From the NCBI GenBank assembly GCA_964472085.1, contig CAYYIW010000018.1:635-64634 (forward strand): a stretch of 64,000 bases of DNA, given 5' to 3'. How positions within the stretch are numbered: position 1 is the stretch's first letter; the number at the start of each line of letters is the position of its first letter. The position numbers and the translations under genes are program-made. The notes beneath the pieces were generated by a model that was not told the origin of the DNA, did no database searches, and saw nothing but the letters and a program-made list of their open reading frames with translations. This document shows, piece by piece, positions 1-10,405 of this stretch. This DNA is from an uncultured Rikenellaceae bacterium. GTDB lineage: Bacteria > Bacteroidota > Bacteroidia > Bacteroidales > VadinHA17.

Positions 1-3000
1 AAATCCTTTATGGGGTATTCGTTATACCTGGGTAGCAGAAGATGTTGATAATATTATAATAGGGGAATCATCATCCACAGGAAATGGTAACAGGATAGAC
101 AGGGGAATTACCCAACAACTTCATAACCCGGATGACTCTCCACATTTGGTAATATATCATATCACCCCCTGGACTATTTACGAGGATAGTACCCTGCATT
201 GCTCAGGAACTCCGGTTGATGTCGATGTATGGGTTAATCCGACGCCCAGAATATTCCCCGTTTACCCGAATACCATACAATGCGATAGTACAACAACTGC
301 AATAAAGCTGGAGAGTCCGAGTACATTTACTTCAGGTGTGGTGACATTTAAATTCACGGCTACAGCAACAGGAAATGTTACAGGCTTTACACCATCTGGT
401 TCAGGCCTTCCCAACGGATTTGTTATTGCGGATAATCTTGTAAACCTGACGGATTCACCCCAGACTGTTTCCTATGTTGTAACCCCGGTAAGTCCGACAG
501 GCTGTAGTGATGGTCCTTCGCAGGTCATTACGGTTACTGTTGACCCGACACCAAGGATCTTCCCTGCTCTTAATGATATAATTCAGTGCGACAGTACTAC
601 AACTGACATCAGACTTCAAAGTCCGAGTACTTTCACTTCAGGTTCTGTCACATTTAAATTCACAGCAACAGCCACGGGAGGATTGACAGGCTTTACCGCT
701 TCAGCAACAGGGCTGCCGAATGGATTTGTTATCGCGGATAATCTTGTAAACCTGACGGATTCACCTCAGTCTGTTACCTATGTTGTAACGCCCGTAAATC
801 CGACCGGTTGCCACGACGGACCTTCACAGGTTATCACAGTCACCGTTGACCCGACACCAAGGATCTTCCCCATACCGCTGAATACAATCCAGTGCGACAG
901 TACTACCACGGCAATAACACTTCAAAGTCCGAGTACCTTCACTTCAGGTTCTGTCACATTTAAATTCACGGCAACTGCCACAGGAGGACTGACAGGCTTT
1001 ACCCCATCAGCATCAGGGCTTCCCAACGGATTTGTAATAGCTGATAACCTTATAAACACGAGTGATTCACCGCAGACAGTCACTTATGTAATTACTCCGG
1101 TAAGTCCTACAGGCTGTAATGATGGCCCTTCTCAGGTTGTTACGGTCACTGTTGAACCTACACCGAGGATCTTCCCTGTACCGCCGAGTACTATCCAGTG
1201 CGACAGTAGTACAACAGCAATAACACTTCAAAGTCCGAGTACCTTCACTTCAGGTTCTGTCACATTTAATTTCACAGCAACAGCTACAGCAGGACTAACA
1301 GGATTTACTCCGTCAGGATCAGGACTCCCGAATGGATTTGTGATAGCTGATAATCTTATCAACCTGACCGATTCACCACAAACAGTTACCTATGTAGTTA
1401 CCCCTGTAAGTCCTACCGGCTGTAATAATGGGCCCTCACAGGTTATTATTGTTACTGTAAACCCGACCCCGCGAATCTTCCCGGTATATCCGAATACCAT
1501 CCAGTGTGACAGCACAACAACGGCCATTAAGCTTGAGAGCCCCAGCACTTTCACATCAGGTGCTGTAACATTTGATTTAACAGCAACTGCAACAGGAGGA
1601 CTGACAGGATTTACTCTATCTGCCACAGGACTTCCCAATGGATTTGTTATAGCTGATAAACTTATCAACCTGACCGACTCACCTCAGACAGTTACCTATG
1701 TGGTTACCCCTGTGAGTCCGACAGGCTGTAATAATGGTCCCTCACAGGTTATAACCGTTACCGTCGATCCAACCCCAAGGATCTACCCTGTTTATCCCAA
1801 CACAATACAATGTGACAGTACAACCACGACAATCAGCCTTGAGAGTCCGAGTACCTTCACCTCAGGTTCTGTTACATTTAATTATACGGCAACGGCTACA
1901 GGAGGAGTAACAGGCTTTACTCCATCTGCCACAGGCCTTCCCAATGGGTTTGTGATTACTGATAACCTCATTAACCCGACTGACTCACCACAGACTGTCA
2001 CCTACGTGGTGACCCCTGTTAGTCCTACAGGTTGCCATGATGGTCCGTCGCAGGTTATAACAGTTACTGTAAACCCGACTCCAAGGATCTTCCCGGTTTA
2101 TCCGAATACTATCCAGTGTGACAGTACAACTACGGCTATTAAGCTTGAAAGCCCCAGCACTTTCACATCGGGCGTAGTCACATTTAAATTCACTGCAACG
2201 GCTACAGGAGGATTGACTGGCTTTACTCCATCAGGATCAGGACTCCCTAACGGATTTATTATAACTGATAACCTTATCAACCTGACCGACTCTCCGCAGA
2301 CAGTTACCTATGTGGTAACCCCGGTAAGTCCGACAGGTTGTCATGATGGGCCATCACAGGTTATAACGGTTACTGTCAATCCGACCCCAAGAATATTCCC
2401 TGTTCCGCCAAATACCACCCAATGCGATAGCACATACACAGCAATCAGGTTACAAAGTCCCAGTACTTTTACAAGCGGGAATATTACTTTCCGTTATACT
2501 GTAACTGCAACGGGAGGAGTCACCGGCTTTAATACACCAGTAAGCGGACTTCCTAATGATTATGTTATTGCCGATATGCTGGTAAATCCAACTGATTCAC
2601 CACAGACAGTTACCTACGTAGTAGTCCCGGTAAGTCCGACAGGTTGTCATGATGGACTATCACAGACAATTACAGTAACAGTTGAACCAACACCCAGGAT
2701 CTTCCCCGTTTATCCGAATTCCATACAGTGCGACAGCACAACAACAGCAATTACCCTTCAAAGTCCTAGCATATTTACATCGGGGCAGGTAACCTTTGAT
2801 TACGCTGTAAACTCACCAGCTTCGGTTACAGGTTATACTTCACCGGTAGAAGGAGCTGTCAACAACCATATTATAACTGATATGCTGGTAAATAATTCCG
2901 ACCATTACCAGGTTGTTACATACAGGATTATACCTAAAAGTCCGGTTGGTTGTAAAGACGGGCCTTCAAAAGACATAACCGTTACAGTCAATCCAACACC

Positions 3001-3330
3001 AAGAGTTATTCCCGTGAACCTCAATCTAAAACCTGATACTTCAATTTGCTACGGAACATTCACACACACTGAACTTGCTTCTCCGACAGTTATGACTTCG
3101 GGAAATGTTATTTTTGATTATACAGTCGGAGTAACAGGAGGACCAGGTGTAATTTTGGGGAACACTGCCCCCGGGGCCAATCTGCCACAGGGCCATCTCA
3201 TAAACTATAGTTACAAGAATGAATCAGATACTATTCAATCAGTCTATTTTACGATAACACCAAAGGTGGATAATAATATTTGTATTCCGGGTAATAATGT
3301 TGTAAGTGAGGTTAAGGTACATGCAGAACC
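1..3330 (+). repeat. In-frame tandem array of ~303-309-bp (101-103 aa) PKD-like/Ig-like units: 10 units plus a partial one at the window edge
   Basis: Units start with PTPR(I/V)(F/Y/I)P near nt 239, 547, 847, 1156, 1462, 1768, 2075, 2380, 2689 and 2995. Each has ..IQCDS.TTAI.L.SPSTFTSG.VTF.FTATATG..TGF....GLPNGFVI.DNL.N.TDSPQTVTYVVTPVSPTGC.DGPSQVITVTV.. with two conserved Cys. The last two units are divergent. Confidence 0.85.
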
Positions 3331-5905
3331 ATTACAGGATATTCTTAATCCGGTAAAGCTTACATGTGAATCAGGAACAGGACTGGCAGCGCTTGAGGCA
3401 GTTATATCAAAAGGAGCAGATCCATACCATATTGTCTGGGACGGCCCATTGGATTATCACGTCGAGGACGTTACCTATATTTCTGATCTGTCAAGCGGTC
3501 AATATTTTGTGGAAGTTACTGATAACCTGGGTTGTTCACTTAAGGATGACAAAATTCCTGCACCTGTTATGGCTCATGCATATATTTCTGCCACTGTCAT
3601 ACCTCCTGGCAATTATAATATCAGTTGTATAGGGTCCGCAGATGGCAGGATACTTGTATCTGTGACAGGAGGGATTACTCCTCCTTACCAGTACACCGTG
3701 GTGAAAGATGATAGTCTTACACTATTCACAGGTGTATTTACAGATAATCTTAACCTGGCTGATCCTACCACATACCATTATTACTCAGGCCTTGGCGCCG
3801 GAACATATACACTGATAACCACAGATGTCAATGGTTGCCAGAACACTAATAAATTGACATTCAGGGTACCTCCACCGGTAGTGGTTCAGTATGGTAAATC
3901 AACTTACGCCGGGGGATATAATATCTCCTGTAAAGGATATAATGACGGAACGGTATGGATTGAATCAATAACCGGGGGAAGAGGAGGATATACATATAGG
4001 TGGTATACATATGATGGCAGCTTTACGGGTCCCGATAATACTGACCATATTGAAAATGTTTCAGCCGGTACTTATTACCTGGAAGTAACAGATATTCTCG
4101 GATGTATAACAATTGACAGTACAGTAGTAACTGAACCTGATGGTATGACTATGACGGATTCACAGGTATCACTCTCCCCGGATTCAAATTACAACATAAC
4201 ATGCAACGGCAGTAATGATGGTTCCATAACAATCACAATTGAGGGAGGGACAGGTAATTTAACTTATTACTGGACAGGCCCCAACGGATTCACGGCAGAT
4301 ACCAAAGATATCTCAGGGTTATATGCCGGGACTTATACCTGTATAGTAACAGATATTAACGGATGTAATCTTGTTCCTACTCCTGTTTTCACCCTGACGG
4401 AGCCTGCTCCCCTGTCCCTGACTGTCACACCTTCTGTGTCAGTCGATGGTGGGTATACTATAAGTTGTTTCGGTGGGACAGGATCCGTAACTGTCGATGC
4501 TACCGGTGGCAGTACAGGGAACTATGAATACAGATGGTCGACAACCGACGGATCAGGTATTGTTGAAGGTCAGAAGGATCAGCCATCACTTACTGCAGGT
4601 GAATACCATCTGGATGTGAGAGATATGAATGGCTGTATGGTATCAGCAGATATAACAATGACCCAGCCTCCTGCTCTTGTAACCACTATTACTACATCAG
4701 ATATTACTTGTCAGGCAGCTGCCTTTAATAATGGTTCTCTTGATCTTTCAGTTTCAGGCGGTGTTGGTTCATATAGTTACTTATGGTCAAATGGTGCGAC
4801 CACACAGGATATATCGGGTCTGACTAATGGTACTTATTATGTAACGGTAACATACAATAGTGTATGTACTGTGCAGGATTCAGCCATCGTTAACCTTCCG
4901 CCACCACTGGAATATACCAGGACTGTTTCTGACTATAATGGATATAACATAAGTTGTAACGGTCAGGCTGATGGCTCTGTACAGATTGATATTTCCAGCG
5001 GGGAAGCACCATATTATTATTCATGGACTGGTCCGGATGGTTTTGTCGCCACAACACAAAATATATCTGACCTTAAAGCCGGGGATTATCATCTTCTTAT
5101 TACTGATAATAATTCATGTACCGCTGAGGAGACAATTACACTTACAGAACCTGGACCTCTTGGGATGATATTGGACCTTTCATTAAGTACTGCAGGAGAA
5201 TTTAATATCAACTGTGCAGGAAATCGTACAGGTACAATACATGTTGAACCTGAAAACCAGGTGGGTTCTGTTGAATATATGTGGGATGACGGGCTGTTTG
5301 GAAACACAAGAACAAACCTTGCTGCCGGTGATTATCATATTATTATTATTGACCAGAACAATTGTCATGCCAGCTCAGTAGTGACGCTTACGGAACCTGA
5401 TTCATTAAAGATAGACTTTGACATTACCAGACCATTCTGCCCTGATAAGCCCGATGGTGAAATCAGGTTGAATGTTACCGGTGGTGTTAAAGGGACAGAC
5501 TATACTTACAGGTGGTCAGATAATTCATCAGATAGTTATTTATCAAATATCACCGGGGGTATTTACAGGGTAACAGTGGAAGATATGAACGGGTGTATCA
5601 TAACAGATTCTGTAAGGGTTGATCCTGTAAACCAGGCATGCCTGGTGATACCAAATGCTATTTCACCTAATGGTGACCTGATAAATGATGTATGGAATAT
5701 AGATATGAAAGATCTGTACCCCAACATGGTGGTTAAGATATTTAACAGGTGGGGAGAACTGGTCTGGAATTCTGAAAAGGGGTATCCACGGCCATGGGAT
5801 GGTACAAGCAGGGGAGAAAAGCTTCCTATTGATTCTTATCATTATATTATCGATTTGCATAATGGCGAAAGGCCACTTATAGGTACGATAACGATTGTTA
5901 AATAG
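1..5905 (+). CDS. Giant repetitive cell-surface protein with T9SS type-B C-terminal sorting domain (SprB-like adhesin); 5' end lies outside the window
   Basis: The ORF track starts at a TTG (146), but the same frame has no stop back to nt 2. The upstream peptide ...NPDDSPHLVIYHITPW matches the internal repeat motif N.TDSPQTVTYVVTPV, so the gene is truncated by the window edge. The last ~88 aa (CLVIPNAISPNGDLINDVWNI...SYHYIIDL...GTITIVK) fit the gliding-motility/CHU_C type-B T9SS CTD pattern. Confidence 0.85.
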   Translation, partial: NPLWGIRYTWVAEDVDNIIIGESSSTGNGNRIDRGITQQLHNPDDSPHLVIYHITPWTIYEDSTLHCSGTPVDVDVWVNPTPRIFPVYPNTIQCDSTTTAIKLESPSTFTSGVVTFKFTATATGNVTGFTPSGSGLPNGFVIADNLVNLTDSPQTVSYVVTPVSPTGCSDGPSQVITVTVDPTPRIFPALNDIIQCDSTTTDIRLQSPSTFTSGSVTFKFTATATGGLTGFTASATGLPNGFVIADNLVNLTDSPQSVTYVVTPVNPTGCHDGPSQVITVTVDPTPRIFPIPLNTIQCDSTTTAITLQSPSTFTSGSVTFKFTATATGGLTGFTPSASGLPNGFVIADNLINTSDSPQTVTYVITPVSPTGCNDGPSQVVTVTVEPTPRIFPVPPSTIQCDSSTTAITLQSPSTFTSGSVTFNFTATATAGLTGFTPSGSGLPNGFVIADNLINLTDSPQTVTYVVTPVSPTGCNNGPSQVIIVTVNPTPRIFPVYPNTIQCDSTTTAIKLESPSTFTSGAVTFDLTATATGGLTGFTLSATGLPNGFVIADKLINLTDSPQTVTYVVTPVSPTGCNNGPSQVITVTVDPTPRIYPVYPNTIQCDSTTTTISLESPSTFTSGSVTFNYTATATGGVTGFTPSATGLPNGFVITDNLINPTDSPQTVTYVVTPVSPTGCHDGPSQVITVTVNPTPRIFPVYPNTIQCDSTTTAIKLESPSTFTSGVVTFKFTATATGGLTGFTPSGSGLPNGFIITDNLINLTDSPQTVTYVVTPVSPTGCHDGPSQVITVTVNPTPRIFPVPPNTTQCDSTYTAIRLQSPSTFTSGNITFRYTVTATGGVTGFNTPVSGLPNDYVIADMLVNPTDSPQTVTYVVVPVSPTGCHDGLSQTITVTVEPTPRIFPVYPNSIQCDSTTTAITLQSPSIFTSGQVTFDYAVNSPASVTGYTSPVEGAVNNHIITDMLVNNSDHYQVVTYRIIPKSPVGCKDGPSKDITVTVNPTPRVIPVNLNLKPDTSICYGTFTHTELASPTVMTSGNVIFDYTVGVTGGPGVILGNTAPGANLPQGHLINYSYKNESDTIQSVYFTITPKVDNNICIPGNNVVSEVKVHAEPLQDILNPVKLTCESGTGLAALEAVISKGADPYHIVWDGPLDYHVEDVTYISDLSSGQYFVEVTDNLGCSLKDDKIPAPVMAHAYISATVIPPGNYNISCIGSADGRILVSVTGGITPPYQYTVVKDDSLTLFTGVFTDNLNLADPTTYHYYSGLGAGTYTLITTDVNGCQNTNKLTFRVPPPVVVQYGKSTYAGGYNISCKGYNDGTVWIESITGGRGGYTYRWYTYDGSFTGPDNTDHIENVSAGTYYLEVTDILGCITIDSTVVTEPDGMTMTDSQVSLSPDSNYNITCNGSNDGSITITIEGGTGNLTYYWTGPNGFTADTKDISGLYAGTYTCIVTDINGCNLVPTPVFTLTEPAPLSLTVTPSVSVDGGYTISCFGGTGSVTVDATGGSTGNYEYRWSTTDGSGIVEGQKDQPSLTAGEYHLDVRDMNGCMVSADITMTQPPALVTTITTSDITCQAAAFNNGSLDLSVSGGVGSYSYLWSNGATTQDISGLTNGTYYVTVTYNSVCTVQDSAIVNLPPPLEYTRTVSDYNGYNISCNGQADGSVQIDISSGEAPYYYSWTGPDGFVATTQNISDLKAGDYHLLITDNNSCTAEETITLTEPGPLGMILDLSLSTAGEFNINCAGNRTGTIHVEPENQVGSVEYMWDDGLFGNTRTNLAAGDYHIIIIDQNNCHASSVVTLTEPDSLKIDFDITRPFCPDKPDGEIRLNVTGGVKGTDYTYRWSDNSSDSYLSNITGGIYRVTVEDMNGCIITDSVRVDPVNQACLVIPNAISPNGDLINDVWNIDMKDLYPNMVVKIFNRWGELVWNSEKGYPRPWDGTSRGEKLPIDSYHYIIDLHNGERPLIGTITIVK
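3340..5625 (+). repeat. About nine SprB-type repeats (~75-80 aa each) within the adhesin
   Basis: Recurring pattern YNI(S/T)C.G..DG.I...(V/I).GG...Y.Y.W....G, followed by I..L.AG.Y...VTD.NGC. Examples: NISCIGSADGRILVSVTGGITPPYQY, NITCNGSNDGSITITIEGGTGNLTYYWTGPNGF, NISCNGQADGSVQIDISSGEAPYYYSWTGPDGF. Confidence 0.75.
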
Positions 5906-5919
5906 AAACGCAGAAGGAA

Positions 5920-6897
5920 TTGAAAAGAACGGCTATCATATTGTTTTTGCTTCTTACCGGAAACCTTGTTTTCGGGCAGCAATTGCCTTTATATAGTCAA
6001 TACCTGTACAACAAATTCCTGATCAACCCTGCTGTGGCAGGAAGTGACGGTTATACCAGCCTGAATCTGACAGCCCGTGAACAATGGGTCGGATATGCAG
6101 GAGCCCCAAGGACTTTTTCCGTTAGCTGGCAGACCAGGGTACTTAAGAAAAAATTCAGTATCAGGCAGACCAGATCAAAACGGGAGGTCTTCAGACCACA
6201 AACAGACGGGCGTGTTGGATTTGGTGGTTATGTATTCAGCGACAGGAATGGTTTAATACAGAGAACAGGTTTCCAGGCTTCTTATGCTTATCATACCTGG
6301 GTGGAGAAGAGTACACAACTGTCGTTTGGATTGGCTCTTACAGGTTATTATTATAAGATCGATGAGAAGCAGATCAATTTTGAGGATCCTAATGAACCGT
6401 GGCTGAATAATGACCTGAGGAGGGGGATATTTGTACCTGATGTGGCATTCGGTATATCTGTTCTCAATGCAAAATACAGTTTTGGTTTTTCAGCCACCCA
6501 ACTGTCTGAGGCATCAGCAAAGATTGGAGGTCCGGGATATAAGAACTTTACCATGAGCAGGCAGTATTATCTCTTCGGGTCATATGATTTCAGCCAGGGA
6601 GCCAATAATGTAATCCAGCCGTCATTTCTTGTCCAGATGTCGGAGCAGTGGAAACCACAGGTCGATATGGGCGTTTCATATTTCTATAACGAAGGATTCT
6701 GGGCTGGATTGGCATATCGTACCAGTGGAGCCCTGATAGCCAATATTGGCTTTAAATACCAGAATATATATTTTGGGTATGCATTCGACTATACTCTCCA
6801 GGAGATCCAGAGAATTACATACGGGACCCATGAAATAACTATTGCTGTGAAGTTTGGCGACAGTGCACGAAAGTACAGGTGGCTTGACAGGTATTAG
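5920..6897 (+). CDS. Type IX secretion system membrane protein, PorP/SprF family
   Basis: Signal peptide followed by the hallmark N-terminus QQLPLYSQYLYNKFLINPAVAGSDG. The size (~325 aa) fits a beta-barrel, and the gene lies 14 nt downstream of a type-B CTD cargo gene. TTG start. Confidence 0.85.
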   Translation: MKRTAIILFLLLTGNLVFGQQLPLYSQYLYNKFLINPAVAGSDGYTSLNLTAREQWVGYAGAPRTFSVSWQTRVLKKKFSIRQTRSKREVFRPQTDGRVGFGGYVFSDRNGLIQRTGFQASYAYHTWVEKSTQLSFGLALTGYYYKIDEKQINFEDPNEPWLNNDLRRGIFVPDVAFGISVLNAKYSFGFSATQLSEASAKIGGPGYKNFTMSRQYYLFGSYDFSQGANNVIQPSFLVQMSEQWKPQVDMGVSYFYNEGFWAGLAYRTSGALIANIGFKYQNIYFGYAFDYTLQEIQRITYGTHEITIAVKFGDSARKYRWLDRY

Positions 6898-6908
6898 GGG
6901 ATAAGCGG

Positions 6909-7826
6909 TTAATGGGACTTTTTAGACACCTTCATTGGTGCCGTCTCTGCAATATATATCAGTGAACTGGTTTTTTTTTTGTTCAGGAAGGCACGTAGAG
7001 CAAACAGGGAAGCCTTAAACATACCTTTAATAAAAGTAGCTGAAGAACCCCTGTATTTTTCACTTAACATTGAGATATAAAAGACATCCGGCGCCAGGGT
7101 CTTTTCTGATAATAGCTCCAGACCGGTTTTATCACAAAAAGACCTGAAAGATTCAGGTGTGAAATGCCAGAGATGACGTGGCACATCATATCCTGCCCAG
7201 TGAGGTCCGTAAAAAGTGGCATCATATGAACCGCAGTTAGGCAGGGCAAAGATACATTTCCCATGTGGCCTGAGAATGCGTTTAATCTCACTTATATAAC
7301 CAAAAGGATCATGAAAGTGCTCCAGGACATGCCACAGGGTTATACAGTCCACGGATTGGCTTTCTATACCGGCCAGACCGGAGGGGGGGAGAGCTTCTAA
7401 ATTAAAATGGCTTTTTGAAAATTCCCTGGCACAGTCATTTATCTCAATTCCCTTAACATCCCATCCTGATTCTTTCATTACCGAGGCAAAATATCCTGTC
7501 CCGCTCCCAATATCCAGCAACGTTCCTGCTGATAACCCTGTGATCTTCTTTACAAGTGTTTTCTTCCTTTTCAGCATCACCTGGCGGACCAGCTGGTATA
7601 ACCTGTTGGTAAATCCTTTTGATGTATCACTGTGAGATATATAATCCTCTGATTCATAATACTGACCTATGTCTTTCTCATCGGGATAATCCTGTGTAAA
7701 AACAAAGCTGCACCCGTTACATTTATAGATGTCAAATAAGCTGTTGCTTACCAGGTGATCGGTACAGCTTAGCTTTTTTGAGATGTTATCCGATCCGCAC
7801 AGGGGGCAGATTTTATGATGCACCAT
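6909..7826 (-). CDS. Class I SAM-dependent methyltransferase with N-terminal Cys4 zinc-ribbon
   Basis: CPLCGS...CNGCSF zinc-ribbon motif, SAM motif LLDIGSGTGYF, and ITLWHVLEHF. Overlaps the upstream YfhO gene by 14 nt. Confidence 0.8.
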   Translation of the reverse strand: MVHHKICPLCGSDNISKKLSCTDHLVSNSLFDIYKCNGCSFVFTQDYPDEKDIGQYYESEDYISHSDTSKGFTNRLYQLVRQVMLKRKKTLVKKITGLSAGTLLDIGSGTGYFASVMKESGWDVKGIEINDCAREFSKSHFNLEALPPSGLAGIESQSVDCITLWHVLEHFHDPFGYISEIKRILRPHGKCIFALPNCGSYDATFYGPHWAGYDVPRHLWHFTPESFRSFCDKTGLELLSEKTLAPDVFYISMLSEKYRGSSATFIKGMFKASLFALRAFLNKKKTSSLIYIAETAPMKVSKKSH

Positions 7827-10308
7827 TTTCTTTTGCTTCCTGTTTTGTTAAGATCCTGGAGGCTATATACCCTGCAATTAACAGGAAGAGCAGTATGGAA
7901 CTGGCCAGGGAAATTTTATTTCCTGTATAATAAGCAGCCGGTTTAAACTGAAATACTACTTCATGGTCTCCTCCCGGAAGGATCATCCCCCTGAGAATAA
8001 AATCAGTACGGAAATAATCGCTTGCTTTACCGTCTATCGTGCATTCCCATCCTTTTGGGTAATAGATTTCGGAGAAAACAGCAAGTCTTTCACCCGATGT
8101 ATGATATTTATAGCTAAGCCTGTCGGGCTCATATTTTTCAAGACTTATTGTATCACCTGTGCTTGACGGGTACTCAGATTGCCTGATCTGGTTTTTGAAC
8201 ACATCATTAATTATTGCAACTTTTGAAGGGTCAAAATTGTTTATTGCTGCAAGTTCGGCATTAGCATTCTTTACCATTGAGTCTCTTTCAACAAACCATA
8301 CATTACCCAGAGCTTTGGGATTTTTAACTGGTGGAGCATCAGGGCTGTAAATAATATACTTGGCATTTAGCATATTAAGAGCATAAGTGCTATCGAATGC
8401 AACCTGGAACTGTTGTACAGTCTGAGCCTTACTGGCGACAGCCTGAATGATAGCAAAATTCCTTATAAGTGAGGAGTCAATCAGTTCCTGGTATCTTTGC
8501 AGCTTGGCTCCGTGATATCCACCAATAGAATGAAAGAAATATGAAGTTGGAGTGTTGTCATTAAAAGTTGAGACTGAAAGGTTCAATACCCTGAAGTAAG
8601 TTGAGTCTTTCAGTATATAGGAATCTGCTACCGTTGGTTTGAAACTCTTCTGGTATTTGGATCTTATTTCAAACCTGTCTGCATTCAGGTATCTTTTGTC
8701 TATAGTCCACAGGTCAAGAAGAACAAGAACTGTCAGAATAACAATAGATGGTCCTGCCTTTATTTTCCCCAGGGTAAAAGCCAGTATTGTCCCTGATGCC
8801 AGGAGGATAAAGATAAGTGATCTGAACGCATCATTTTTAAGCAGTGTCTTTCGGTCATCTATCATGGCTGTTGTGAGCCAGCCTGGCAATCCTCCTTCAT
8901 ACGGACTAATGAAGGATCCTGCAATACCAGGTATGAAAATAATAAGAAGAAGAAAACCTCCGGTAATACCTGTAGCAATTTTTATCCCCCTTAGTATCTC
9001 TTTCTTTTGCAGGTTGCCTTTATAAATGTCTCTTAAAGCCAGGAATCCCAGTAACGGAATGCAAAACTCGGCTATAACAAGGATCATGGTAACAGCCCTG
9101 AACTTATTGTATCCCGGGAAATAATTTATAAAGAGGTCTGAAAAGAACATGAAATTTTTACCCCACGACAGCATTATGGACAGAACAGTAGCCGACAGCA
9201 ACCACCATTTCTCAGGCCCTTTTACCAGGATCAGGCCAAGGATAAAAAGAAATATAACTATCGCCCCTACATAGTGGGGGCCATCTGTACCCGGCTGGGA
9301 TCCCCAGTATTCATGGGTCTGGTTGATGACAGCTGCATTATTGTTTTTGGTAAGTACTGCAGCCGTTTCAGAGTTGCTGCCGAAAGGTTCATTTGATCCT
9401 CCCTTGTAGTCCGGAACAAGGAGATTGAATGTTTCATCAATACCATAACTCCAGAATGTAATATAATCCTTGTCAAGACCTGAGGTTCTGTTATTGTCGG
9501 TGGTAACAAGATCAGATTTTCCCCTGATGGAATATTTTCCGTACTGGTATGTAGTATACAGACTGGCAAAATTTATTCCGACAGCTATAACGAACGGGAT
9601 GACAAGAATAGCGGATGTTTTGATAAACCTTGCAACACTGTTGTTCTTTAAAGAATAGATAAACTCTGTAATCCCAAATACAAGGAGGCAGAGAAGCCCG
9701 TAATAGGTTATCTGGGGATGATTGGCCTGTATCTCAAGTGCTAAAAAGAAAGCTGTCATTAACGCGCCCTTTATTGCATCCTTTTTATATGCATAATAGA
9801 TACCTGCAATCATGGTGGGCATATAAGCCAGGGCTATTGCCTGGGTATTATGACCCGCCGCCAGAACCTGGAAGAAAAACGAGGAAAATCCGTATGCCAG
9901 GGCACCGGTTATTGACAGCCATGGATTGAGTCCGAATATTACGAGAAGAATATAAAATCCAAGCATCGAGAGGAATAGAACGGAAACAGGCATTTTGAAA
10001 GTCCGCAGAAAGGCATCAATATATTTGAAAAGATTCCCCGGGTAATGTGTCGATATCAGGTAAGCGGGCATACCGCTGAAAATAGAGTTAGTCCACAGGG
10101 GCTCCTTCCCATATTCAGCCCTGAAATCACGGATCTCTTTGGAATTGATGGTCGAGACTGTTGAGTCATTGGCTTTGAGAACTTTACCTTCAAGAACCGG
10201 GTAAAAGTATGCAAAGGATATAACGGTGAATAATACAATTGCTACCAGGTGTGGCAGGTAGGGCCGGATTTTATTTTTTATTTCCATCTCGTTAGTATTT
10301 ATTTTCAT
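7813..10308 (-). CDS. YfhO-family polytopic membrane protein (predicted GT-C fold glycosyltransferase)
   Basis: 831 aa with many TM segments in the N-terminal two thirds and a soluble C-terminal domain. The N-terminal region (YFYPVLEGKVL...SIFSGMPAY...) resembles Bacteroidota YfhO-family proteins, recognised from memory. Confidence 0.6.
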   Translation of the reverse strand: MKINTNEMEIKNKIRPYLPHLVAIVLFTVISFAYFYPVLEGKVLKANDSTVSTINSKEIRDFRAEYGKEPLWTNSIFSGMPAYLISTHYPGNLFKYIDAFLRTFKMPVSVLFLSMLGFYILLVIFGLNPWLSITGALAYGFSSFFFQVLAAGHNTQAIALAYMPTMIAGIYYAYKKDAIKGALMTAFFLALEIQANHPQITYYGLLCLLVFGITEFIYSLKNNSVARFIKTSAILVIPFVIAVGINFASLYTTYQYGKYSIRGKSDLVTTDNNRTSGLDKDYITFWSYGIDETFNLLVPDYKGGSNEPFGSNSETAAVLTKNNNAAVINQTHEYWGSQPGTDGPHYVGAIVIFLFILGLILVKGPEKWWLLSATVLSIMLSWGKNFMFFSDLFINYFPGYNKFRAVTMILVIAEFCIPLLGFLALRDIYKGNLQKKEILRGIKIATGITGGFLLLIIFIPGIAGSFISPYEGGLPGWLTTAMIDDRKTLLKNDAFRSLIFILLASGTILAFTLGKIKAGPSIVILTVLVLLDLWTIDKRYLNADRFEIRSKYQKSFKPTVADSYILKDSTYFRVLNLSVSTFNDNTPTSYFFHSIGGYHGAKLQRYQELIDSSLIRNFAIIQAVASKAQTVQQFQVAFDSTYALNMLNAKYIIYSPDAPPVKNPKALGNVWFVERDSMVKNANAELAAINNFDPSKVAIINDVFKNQIRQSEYPSSTGDTISLEKYEPDRLSYKYHTSGERLAVFSEIYYPKGWECTIDGKASDYFRTDFILRGMILPGGDHEVVFQFKPAAYYTGNKISLASSILLFLLIAGYIASRILTKQEAKENGAS

Positions 10309-10405
10309 TATGGAATACCAGACAAAAATATGTAATTAAGAGCAATTATTTGATGTGGGCAATTCTATACATTCTATTATTCCTCTTTAAAAAGGTATTT
10401 CCGTT

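Noticed and set aside
239-3330. Regular ~305-bp periodic repeats that might be mistaken for a CRISPR-like or satellite array.
   Set aside because: The period is a multiple of 3, the array is entirely in frame within one long ORF, and it encodes a conserved Ig/PKD-like domain. There are no short direct repeats with unique spacers anywhere in the window.
6971-6980. T10 homopolymer (A10 on the coding strand, encoding KKK) inside the methyltransferase gene, as a possible phase-variation tract.
   Set aside because: It lies ~22 codons from the C-terminus, so slippage would alter only the tail after the catalytic fold. There is no evidence of variation from a single sequence.
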